DNA of 64,000 nt from the human T2T-CHM13v2.0 reference genome, Homo sapiens: assembly GCF_009914755.1 (NCBI RefSeq), contig NC_060925.1; one strand, 5' to 3'. Each line of letters begins with the position of its first letter. Within the stretch, counting starts at the first letter, position 1. The position numbers were made by a program, and so were the translations under genes. The notes beneath the pieces are model-generated. The model had not been told where the DNA came from and ran no database searches. It saw nothing but the letters and a program-made list of their open reading frames with translations. This document shows positions 50,691-64,000 of the stretch, piece after piece.

Positions 50691-50829
50691 CCCCACCGGC
50701 AGCGGCGGCGGGCTGCGGGATCCCGGAGATCCCGGCGCGTCCCCCACAGCCACCGGGACCCCACGCGCCAGCAGCGGCTTCCCCGGGAACGTCCTTCAGC
50801 CCCGGGAGCACGCGGGAAAAGCCCCAGCG

Positions 50830-51290
50830 TGCCAATGAGGGAGCGCCTTCCTCATGACGGTCACGCTCGGGGGCGGGGCTTCCCTTCGCCGCTCCCGAGT
50901 TCCGGGAACCCCCTTTGATTGGTCTGGACGGCCTGGGAAACACTGTAGTGACGCCCAATCAAAACGCCACGTCTCGGCCTCGAGGAAATATTCCGTGTCG
51001 GGCCCGTCCTGATTGGACAGTTCTTTCGGGTTCTGGCCACTAGGAAGCTTTGTTTAGGTCCGGAAGGCGGGCTTTCCTGGGAGTGGGTGGGGAGGGGGCG
51101 TTGATTCTTGACCAATCCTTTCAGTCCGTTGGGTGGTGACCAGCCAATGGGCCGGATGGATAGGACGCTCCTCCCGGAGAGTAGTGAGACCCCTGGTGCG
51201 GGGCGATTGGCGGCGGGAGCGATGAGTGGCAGCCGCACGGCCCAACGGGAGCTGTGCGTGGGCCGCGGGGCGGGGCCAGGGCGGGTGCGC
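50830..51290. promoter_or_regulatory. CAMTA1: TATA-less core/proximal promoter with 7 CCAAT boxes, GC boxes and an ETS-like site
   Basis: CCAAT/ATTGG at 50832, 50918, 50955, 51012, 51112, 51144, 51206; GGGGCGGGGC at 50870 and 51267; CCGGAAG at 51060. Confidence 0.82.
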
Positions 51291-51370
51291 GGCGGCGGCG
51301 GGGTGGCTGGGCCGGCGGCGGCGGCGGTACGAGGCGCGCGCTCGGGGTCCCGGTCGCGAGGAGGAGGAGG

Positions 51371-51415
51371 ATGTGGCGCGCGGAGGGGAAATGGCTGCCG
51401 AAAACAAGCCGGAAG
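51371..51415 (+). CDS. CAMTA1: Calmodulin-binding transcription activator 1, coding part of exon 1 (MWRAEGKWLPKTSRK)
   Basis: The 15-codon translation matches the recalled human CAMTA1 N-terminus; it ends at donor AAG|GTAAGA (phase 0) inside a CpG island. Confidence 0.95.
51391..51415 (+). CDS. CAMTA1: Alternative out-of-frame CAMTA1 start (MAAENKPE + 1 nt)
   Basis: gaaATGG has a strong Kozak context (G at -3, G at +4); leaves phase 1 at the same donor; MAAENKPEDDHG is recalled as an N-terminus of CAMTA1 isoforms/orthologues. Confidence 0.7.
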
Positions 51416-54400
51416 GTAAGAGCCGGAGCGCGAGGGGCTGGGGGGCGGCGCGGCGGGCGGCGGGACCCGGCCCCGCCGGACATCCCGGGCATCGGCGGCG
51501 CCGGGCGGGAGCGCGGGGGCGCGGCGGGCGGGCGGGCGGGCGACCCGGCCGGGGAGGGGGCCGGCGGGGTGGGGGGGCGGAGCGCGGCCGAGTCCTGAGG
51601 TGACTCGCGGGGCCGGCGGAGCGCGGCGCCCCACACCCCACCCCCGGGGGCGGGCTGGGGCCGGAGGGGGCGGGGGGCTCGCGGGGCGGGGACCGGGCCC
51701 AGCGAGGAGGAGGAGCCGGCGGAGGGCCGGCGCCTCCCCCACCCGGACCGGGCATCCCCGCCGCTCCCGAGCCCGCTGCGCGGCCCCCGCACCCCCGGCG
51801 CTGGGTCCACGGTGGGGGCCGCGGGGCGGAAAGTTTATCCGCCTCGGGTCCTCCTGGCCCCGCGCCCCACTGCTCCGGGCCGGTCCCCGTCGGGCGGCAG
51901 CGGCCGGCGCTCAGCCCTCGCCGGCCCCCTGCTCTCCGGCGGGCAGGGCCAGATGTACTCTCTCCGGCACCCTCTTCAGCCCCGTGGACACCTCCCTGAG
52001 CGGGCGGGGGGTCCCCGAGCTTCTCCCCGCCAGGGGGACCCCGTCCTGCCGAGCGTCCCTCGGCCGAAGGGCCTCGTGTGACCCCTCCCCCTTCGCTTCC
52101 CGGGAAGGGAAGGGGGCCTGCGCAGCATCCCCGCCCCTCGCAGTCGTTCACATCCTACTCTTGCCCTTGCACCCTCACAGCCAGGAGGGTGGGGTCTCCG
52201 TTTCTATGGCAAGTGAGGATCTCCACACTCCCTTGCCCTTTACCTTCCGTGACCCCGAGCCTTCCTTGGCACAGGGGTCCGTCTGATCTGCTCATCTTCT
52301 TTGGATTCTTTTGGGGCCTCTGCACACTCTCCGTTGACCCTTTTTGCCAGGACAAGGGGACTCAGGCTGCCCATGTTCTTCTTTCCTCACCCAGTGGATA
52401 GTGGGGGCTTGTGCAGCTCTGAAGTCATTTCTAAATAGGAAAGCAGACACTTCTTCCAGATCATGCATACTCTTACACTTTGCTGGGTTAGGGCGAGCTC
52501 ATTTCCTAAATACCCTTTGAGTTGCCCTCCTTTTCTTATGGAGACAACTGGACGTTCACCGTGCTCCTTTCGCCATTTGTGTGTCTACACTGACTTGTTC
52601 TCTCTTCTCGGAGTTCCTTGTCTGGGTGAGAGTGGGCGCCCCAATAAGATGTAGGGCAGGGCTTCCATTGTGCCTAGTGCTTGAGTGAAAAGGGGCCACA
52701 CTAGTTGCTCCTGTGTCTGAGGAAGACCGGGGTATATTTTTGCCTCCACTTGACTCTTGTGTCTCAGGAGGGGGCAACCTTCATCAGTTGACACTACCTC
52801 ACTGGGAAAAGGGTCATGTGGCCTTGTTTTTTGATGTTTTGATTACTGTCTTCTGTGCAGTGAGAACCAGACTTTGTCCGTCCCACACTCAAGAGTCCTT
52901 GAACCTTTCCTGGATATAAACTTCCCGATTGTTTTTTGAGAGAACTCATATCCTCCTCTGTGGCTTCTGCTTCGCAGTCAGCCATATTTAGTGAGCCTGT
53001 TACTTTGACTTTTTCTAATTTTCTCAAATTGTATTCATGTTGGCTGGGTAAGGAGAAGCCATATGCCTTTCCATTCAGAAAAGGGAGTGTAGACACCCGT
53101 GTCGCCCACATGCCATCCTGGAAGAGGTTGCTTGTGTGCTCCTTGTTGTACTAGAACCTTCCTTTGGCTCTGGTGTTGTCTCTTGTGGGATCCAGACATT
53201 TCTTTAGATCTTGTAGCTTTCAGAAGGGGGAATTTGAATGCTTTCTGTTTTTTGCTGTTCCGGTTCTGCTTTGGAGAACCAGATCATGATGCTATATTCA
53301 TTTGTTTACATATACATACATGTAGGTATACACAGATGAAATCACATTCATTACATATACAGTGCACAGGAAGTTGGAAGGGTCAGATGACTAGCTCTAC
53401 ATTTTGGGTGCATATGGGGACCTTTATGTGTAATGATACAGATAGATATTAACGTTGTTGGTAACTCTTCAGGCTTAGAAGCAGCAGCAGAAGAATCACG
53501 GATAAATGGCCAATTCTGACTATTCTTTGGTTTGTAATGTGTACTGTACTGAATAAGCAGAACGACATCCTGCGTGTTCACCAAGTCCCTGAATGTGCGA
53601 AGCGTACAGTGCCTGCCCATACGCATCGCAACTTTGGCGGTCTGAATTTAGGGGTGGTATTCGTTGCTTGATTCTGCATAGAGTGAAAAGTTCTTGATTT
53701 CTTTACTGCAGTGTAGGGGAAAGAGATTTCGTGTGTTTGGACAAACGACAGGAGATGGGTGAGAAGAATATGTTTTCCTGTGACAGAACTAGGAACGAAT
53801 GACCGTAAATATGTCCCTTTTGTATTTTGGCCATTTAAATAATTGAGAGAGGTTGTGAAATTAGCAAAATGTACCTGTGGAAAGGCCCTCGACGCTTCAT
53901 GAGAGGATGGGGAACGTTATTCTTCAAGTTCTTTTCTCTTGGACAGGGGAATGATTTGAGCCCTGTCGGCTCTAGTCAGGTGCTTTGCCTCCTCAGGTCT
54001 CCCTCCCTCCCTCCCTCCCTCCCTTTCTCCCTCTTTCACGAAATTCAGAATGGCTGCTAGCCGCTGTCACTCAGCAGGGAAGTCTTACTCTTTGACAGGC
54101 TTAGTGTGGAGACTCATCCTCCCCAACAAGTTCCGTTGGGCTCTGGGGCTTTGGCCTTTAAAACTGTTCTAGCTCAGAGGCTCGCTTTGCCTCAGTTTAC
54201 TGTGTAAGGAGAAGTGGCTCATAGGAGATTGGGTCAGCGCTAGTTCTGTGACTTCTGGACTTTGCCTTTCAGTTAGCATTGAGTAGTCCAGTGGGCCTGA
54301 TTCCCAATGTCAGAAAGTAGAGCTTTTGAGCTCATTTTCTTGTTTTTGGTTTTAAATGTTTTTATGCTGTTCGTATTCTGTGTCTGTAGTCAGCTTGATG

Positions 54401-55644
54401 GGATTGTGTATTTTTAGGGGGTGTTATTAGGGAACTTCGGAAAAACGAAGAGTCGAATACCTGCTGTAGATGGTGTAGACTCAGCGGAGTCATCCCGTTT
54501 CCAGTGGTGGTTCTTCCTACCGTTTCCTCCATGGCCCCATGGAGACTTTGGGAGTTTTCCCTGGTAAGCAGGGGGCTCCGTGCAAGGCGCAGTGGAAGGA
54601 AAAGTGGTAAAGATTGGTTGGAAGAAGACACTTGAGGTTATTGTCTGAAGCTGGGCCCTTTTTCTTGAGTTTGATGTGGTTGTGTTTCTGTGTCACTGGT
54701 CGCCACAGATGATTGGAAATTAGCTTTTTCCTTTTACCTTGTAGTGCAGAATGCTCTGTTGCAGTTGGGCAGACTAGACGGGTTCTCTGAACCACATAGT
54801 TTAATCTTTCTGTTCGACTTTCTGTTAGGACATGACTCTTTCCTCTCCTTCACCCCTTACCTCCAGTTTTTGGGACTAGGTTGGGTGACCTCTTCCTCCT
54901 TTGTCTTCTTGGAAACCTTACTTATCCTGCTTCTGCAAATGTTGGGTTTCTCCATCTCATCATTGAGTGGATTCAAAGTGTTGACATACACAGAGCAACC
55001 TCTACTCAAGGTCAGATTGGGTCAGCTTTTCCTTTTCAAAAGAGTAGTGTTGCTCTTACTTGCTCTTTGAGACATATTTATGCATCCTGCTCAGCTGTGT
55101 TTTCTGTTTCCTTAGTTTTTAGGCTCTGGCGATTTTAGGCTTTCCCCCAGAAATAGCCTATTCTTTAGAGAGTAGTGTTTAGTTTAGTCTCCTGTTTATG
55201 CTGGATGTCCGCCCATGTGTCCTGCTCGGTTTTTAATTCTTTGTGACTGATTTTGAGGTAGCCCATCTCAAAATCTTAACGTTTTTTTCCCCACTGTTTC
55301 ATTACTTTGAGCCATTCTTCCTTTCCTGTTTGGGGGAAATACCCCTTTGTGTGCAGTTGTACTTCTTTCTCCTTTCCTTATGGAAAAAGCAGTAGAAGGT
55401 GATTCTCTTATTTTCTTCTGTTCCCCTCATAGTTGTGTCAGTTGACTCTTTTGTGGAACCTTTGAATTTGCCCTTCTGGGGAGAAGTCGTTTTTGTATTT
55501 ATACTCCCATGACTGGAGTCATTCATTCAGGAGACCTTTACCGAGCTTCTGTTATGTACAAGGAGCTGTAGGGGGTGATGTGACTTTGCTTGAGACCATA
55601 TTGGATCTTGTTAGCCTTTTATATTAATGACATTTTAGTGTATC

Positions 55645-55971
<327 letters not shown>

Positions 55972-56200
55972 TTCGGTGTGGTGCTTGTCTTAATGCTTGT
56001 CTTTTATATAGTCTTGCAAGGAATTTTTTTTTTCTGATTTTTAAGTTTTTGGATTGTTAACTTACAAAGATATAGTGTAATAGTGTGCTATCTTGTTGAA
56101 CCTTTTTTCCTCCTCAGCAGGAGTGGGGGTGGTGAAGAGGGTGGGAGGGTGGACTGGGAGAGGCATTTAGCAGCTTTCCCCCAGACTGTGTGCAGAGTGT

Positions 56201-56215
56201 GAGAGAGAGAGAGAG

Positions 56216-56260
<45 letters not shown>
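56201..56260. repeat. Compound (GA)n(GT)n microsatellite
   Basis: GA run followed by ~21 GT units. Confidence 0.97.
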
Positions 56261-56263
<3 letters not shown>

Positions 56264-57817
56264 CAAAAGTAAAGTCAGCCTTCTTAATCTGATTGTGTAG
56301 GCATAACTTTTAGGTTGTTTAGATACATGATTGGTTGGAATGCTTATTTAATATTTGAACGGCAGCATCGCACTAGGCATTCTATAGAACATAGAGTCAA
56401 ATGTATTTTTTATATAAGGAAGTGGTAGAAAAATATTTTTTTCTTCGGATTAACTGGTATGGTTCATAGTAGATAGTGAGAACTGTATGAGCTGCTGTTA
56501 CATTTTCACTGCCATGAAGAATTATATCCAAATTTAATACCTAATTGATGCTCATTCTTAGGCTAGGCATCTGATATAATTATCACTTTTATTATATGAC
56601 TTTTAATTTATGCTTTTTAATGGTATTATTATTTTTGTAAATTGCCTCAAATTCTTTGTGGGTACAGGTTAGGTATAAATAATGATAATAATAAAAATTA
56701 CTAACAATTTGAAATGCCCCTTTTCTTTTTTCCTCTATTAAATTAGATTTACCATCTCCACAACGTATATAGAAACCAATTCTGCTACTATTTCACTCTT
56801 GTGAAAACTCCTGTGTGAGGTTTGTAATATGTGGTTTGGCAGTATGAGTATGTGACTGAGTGTATTTTGTGTTGACAAGTGATGTGTGTGTTTCTTTTGC
56901 ATTTCCATTATACATATCTTTTCCTAAGGTGGTGTGTATCTTCTAGAATCATGTACCCTGTCCTTTTTTTTTTTTTTTTTTAAATGTTCTAGGTGACTTA
57001 AATCCGACCTCCCTTTCTTTTCTTCGGCCTTTCCTTTTATTTTTTGTCCTTTCCCACATAGAGAGGTTTCTTCACTGACCTGTCATTATTATAAAAAAGT
57101 GTTTGTTAGATGTACTGTATTTGTAGCCTTTTAGTAAGAAGGGGATGCCCACCATCCCTTTGTCCTGTAGCACAAGGCATTGCTTCTTGTTTCCCTAAGA
57201 ATAGGTAGATGGAATGAGATTTAAGCCAGAAGGCTGCTGGTAATAGTATTTGTAACTAGATAGCATCTCTAGATAAAACACTGGGTCCTTTCTGCTCTGG
57301 GCCTCCCCATGTAGGATTTTGGAAATTTTTTTTTGCTGCATTTAGCCAGCTTCTTTCTGTCTCTTTGGCTTGATACAATAAATTTCTTTAAGCACAGCCA
57401 AGTATATTATTTCATTTGGAGCCTTCATTTACAAGGAAGTATGGGGGCCTCTCCTAATGTTCCTTTGCCTGTTATATATAGTACTGCCTTTAGTTTTTGG
57501 TGTGTTTGAGAGTGAGAGTGAGAAGCATTCTTGCTCTGCTACTTTGTCTGTGTAACTTGAATAAGAGTGTACGGTCATTCACTCTATTTTCCAGATAGTG
57601 TATAATCTTTCTTTTTATTTTTCTTGAATACCTAATCAGGTTCGAGCTAGAGGTTGATCCGACTATCATATCCTTTTATTTTGTGCCATCCCTGGATATA
57701 GTGTCCCTTAGTCCTGTGATTAAGCCATGTTCCTATTTTGTCATTAGAGAGAGGGACTTATAAACATATAGATGGTCTCCCATGATAATTGTCATGCATT
57801 TATAAGGAAAGTGTTTC

Positions 57818-58107
57818 TTTTCTTTTTTTTTTTTTGAGGCTGAGTCTTGCTTTGTTGCCCAGGCACGATCTCCGCTCCCTGCAACCTCCGCCTTCCAGGT
57901 TCAAGCGATTGTCCTGCTTCAGCCTCCAAAGTAGCTGGGATTACAGGCGTGCACCACCATGCCCGGCTAATTTTTTTTCGTATTTTTAGTAGAGACGGGG
58001 TTTCACCATGTTGGCCAGGTTGGTCTTGAATTCCTGGCCTCAAGTGATCCGCCCACCTAGGCCTCCCAAAGTGCTGAGATTACAGGCATGAGCCAATGTG
58101 CCTGGCC
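57818..58107 (-). mobile_element. AluS with an internal deletion
   Basis: Antisense dimer; ggaa(a)gtgtttc on both flanks. Confidence 0.9.
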
Positions 58108-58855
58108 GGAAGTGTTTCCTTGTATAAATTGACAATGGAGAGCAGTTCACGTGATGGGACAAAGTAAAGGGTGAGTAAAGGGTGGTTTTGGGTTTTTTTT
58201 TTTTTTTGCCATCAGTATGCTAGCTGTATATTTCTAAGGTTGTATTGCATCCTTCTGCTTTGAACACCATTGCTTGTAGAAGGTCATGGGCCTCCTGTGT
58301 AAAGATTGGTACTGTTTCCTGAGCATTTTTTTTTTTACCTCATTACCCTGGACTTACAGAGAAATATTATGTACCCCATTGCAAAGAGAGGCCAAGGGTC
58401 AGCCACATTATTTCCCCTTTTGCTCTTTTTCTGGAGGATTGTTCATTTACTTCGAACTGATTGACATGGCATAAGATGGAATGACTAGAGATTTTTTTTT
58501 TTAAAGGTTCCTCCATATTCAACCTCAGTGTTTGGCTCTATCCTGACATGGTTGCTTGTTCTCCTGTACATGAATCCTTTTGCAGTTACTTTCTTGTTTT
58601 TGTTTTTCAAATTTAGCCAGGGCTTTCAAGTCACGTAACATATCCTTTCCTGAGACTGTGAGCCGAAGGTAACTTCAAGGAAGATATGCTTGTTTGGGGC
58701 TGTATTCATCACTCTGCTCTCTACGGTTTTGTAGTTTTCATGTGTACAAAGTGACATTTCTTGAAAGAAACGTTTGGGGCTGTGTTCTTAATAGTTTTAA
58801 ACATGTTATTATGTGGAGACTAAGTGGCAAAGGTCTCACCCCAACTTCATTTCTT

Positions 58856-58945
58856 CATACCACTCTTATATATATCTTATATGTATATACCCCACTCTTA
58901 TATATATATATACCCCACTCTTATATATATCTTATATATATCTCC
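58856..58945. repeat. Short minisatellite (tataccccactcttatatat-like, ~3 copies)
   Basis: ccactcttatatatat occurs three times. Confidence 0.8.
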
Positions 58946-61048
58946 CCTACCCGCAAATCCCAAAACAATAGTCATAGCAACAGAAAAGCAAAACCTTGTG
59001 AAGCCCAGCTCTGATTGGTTCTGCTGTGCAGTTCAGTCGCTAGTTTTGGACAGGTGCATAAGCAGATAATTTTTGGATGTGTAATATTCTCAGTGGGGCT
59101 GATGTGTGACTTTTGGGACATAGAGCATTCATTCGTTCAGCAGACCATGCAGTATCTCTTCCATTTTTTTTCCCTTATCAGTTACCACAAGGTAAGATTA
59201 TGTATTCAGTCACTTAAAAACACTTGCAAAGTGGATTTTTCCCCATTTATTCCTATCTAACCATTGGAATAAATGTTGACAGTAGTAAATTACCATGTCC
59301 CTATTTTTGTGTTCAACATGTCTAAGAGAATGGGGAGCTAACTTCCAGTAAGGGCAGTACAGTCAGTCATGACTCTTTCTCCATGTAGCCTGTGCATTGT
59401 GCAGTGATGATTTATACTTTCAGCTAAATTTAGTGTCTATGATAAGGGATACATCAGATGTTTAAGTTCACTTAATCTCTTTTACAGTGTGCATTCAACA
59501 AGGTGTATTTGTGTCTTATATTAGAATGAAATGCAGATACAACCAGAGGTATTCTTTCAACGTAGAGAGAGAGAGAAAGCCTTTCTTTTTACAAGTTTTG
59601 AAAAAAAGTTATTGTCTATTTTTCCTTCATGGTGCTTGATTTAGATTGCCAGGAGTCATTTCTGAAGGTATATTAATACAATCAAGAATTAATGTTCTTA
59701 AAACTTAAATTTGTTTTTTAATCCTTTTCTGAAAAGTCATTTCTGAGGATATATGTGCCCTGTTGGTTTTCTGGGCACTTGGATATCAAATCATTTGGGA
59801 GTGATAATAAGAAATTGGTACAAAGTGTGAAATTATCAGATAGAAAGAAAAAAGATGTTATAGTGGAAAAAAATTACTCATTTATGATTAAAAATAATCT
59901 CAAAGTGATGACTGGAAGTATAAATTCAGATATTTGAAGAAGAAATGGAATGTTGATAGGGTTATTGTATTGAATCAACACATGCACACGTATAAAGAAT
60001 GCTCCCCAAAATGGGGACGCTTAGAGGACAAATAAGTTGATTGGATTGGTTTTAAGAAAAATATTGTTTGTCTTTTTAAAAAGTAATTGAAATAACCCTT
60101 CTTAGTGAAGAAAATGAAAACTTTGATGGAAGTTCAGCAGAATGGAATATTTAAAAAGATTCAAGAGAAGGATTTTTTTATTGCGAATCCACAAGGGGGT
60201 AGTGATGTTCTTTCAAAGATATTTGTGGTGGCAACAATGTGAGATGATCTCTTCACATTTTAGATTTACAGATAAAACTGGCATGTTTGCATTTTAACTT
60301 AATAAGATCTTCTTTTTAAAATGTTTATTGGCAAAATTGTTTATTGCTTAAATTAAAAAAAATCCATTTTGGGTGAATGGCTACTTTAAGCCATATGAAT
60401 GGTAAAGAAGAGAGAATGTCCTTACAGTTTTGTGCTTTGGAGAGGTCACCAAGGATGTGAGGGTCACTGTTATTTTCTAAGAATGTAATAATCTTAAATT
60501 CCCTGGGAAACATTAGACATCTAGGAATCAGTTACTTAAGTGTCCTGAATAAAAGGATTTTAGTAAATTGTGTCTAAACTTTACAGAAGTTTGTATTACT
60601 AGTTGTATTTTCAGTGCTGCCGAGAGATGAAAAATATGAACAATCCATGCCACTAGCCACTTTTAATAGTTCTAAGTAAATCAAATTTTTATAATCTTTT
60701 TTATTAGTTTATATTACATCATTAGATAAAGGCTTTTTTTTTTTTTGTTGTTGTTTTTTTGTTTTTTTGTTTTTTCTTCCCTCACATAAAAATTCAGGAG
60801 CTTTCTTCTGGTCACTGAGTTCCACCCCATATTATTCAGAATTACTTAAAATCAGGTGTGGTAGGCCTGTGCTGGGTCATTTTCGGTGGAGGACTGCCTA
60901 GCTGTATTATGCACTCATTTTTGAAAGTTATGCCGTGTGGTGGGAGAAAGATTTAAAGTTGGGGGGCGGCTGTGTCCTACTTATTTAGAGACACAACTAG
61001 TCATCACCTGTAACAAATGTGACTTCTTTTAAAACTTATTTTATCTTA

Positions 61049-64000
<2,952 letters not shown>

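Larger units (their letters stand above)
50090..52160. promoter_or_regulatory. CAMTA1: CpG island spanning the CAMTA1 promoter, exon 1 and the start of intron 1
   Basis: Very GC-rich, abundant CpG, free of interspersed repeats. Confidence 0.96.

Noticed and set aside
50933-50949. ACTACA...TCCCAG (minus strand) resembling the ZNF143/THAP11 motif
   Set aside because: Spacer is longer than the canonical ACTACAnnTCCCA
50955-50971. CCAAT...CCACG resembling an ER-stress element (ERSE)
   Set aside because: Spacer is 7 nt; ERSE needs 9
50090-52160. CGCG boxes suggesting CAMTA1 autoregulation
   Set aside because: Expected by chance in any CpG island; the motif is mainly defined for plant and fly CAMTAs
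50385-52401. Long ORFs on both strands (365, 293, 229, 228 aa and others)
   Set aside because: Pro/Arg/Gly/Ala low-complexity products of a stop-poor CpG island; they cross the exon 1 donor and show no domain
58617-58674. Possible 48/52-nt exon ending agccgaag|gtaact
   Set aside because: Weaker donor, ambiguous acceptor and no other support; likely a pseudo-exon

Overview
Human (primate) genomic DNA, not prokaryotic. The only protein-coding sequence I can support is coding exon 1 of CAMTA1 (ATG 51371, MWRAEGKWLPKTSRK, donor AAG|GTAAGA at 51415/51416). From memory this places the window at 1p36.31. Exon 1 lies in a ~2 kb CpG island with a CCAAT/GC-box-rich, probably bidirectional promoter (divergent lncRNA CAMTA1-DT, recalled). 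Positions 51416-64000 are CAMTA1 intron 1. The first 50 kb is intergenic and very Alu-dense, with L1/L2/MIR relics, several solo LTRs (MLT2A1, THE1/MST, MLT1, ERV1-type), hAT fossils, a U13 snoRNA retrocopy and a young AluYb8. Nearly all supplied ORFs are Alu-, microsatellite- or GC-skew artefacts. I found no evidence of a new multi-gene system. Most interesting observations: (1) exon 1 carries two out-of-frame start codons whose productivity should depend on downstream exon choice, plus a candidate 10-nt intronic microexon with the matching frame; (2) a 2.1 kb nearly pure AT array grown inside an MLT2A1 LTR and bracketed by a 30-bp inverted copy of LTR sequence; (3) an Alu-derived ~90-bp tandem array with a locally templated copy pasted into a neighbouring LTR. 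Repeat family names and boundaries are by eye and from recalled consensus sequences, so they are approximate.
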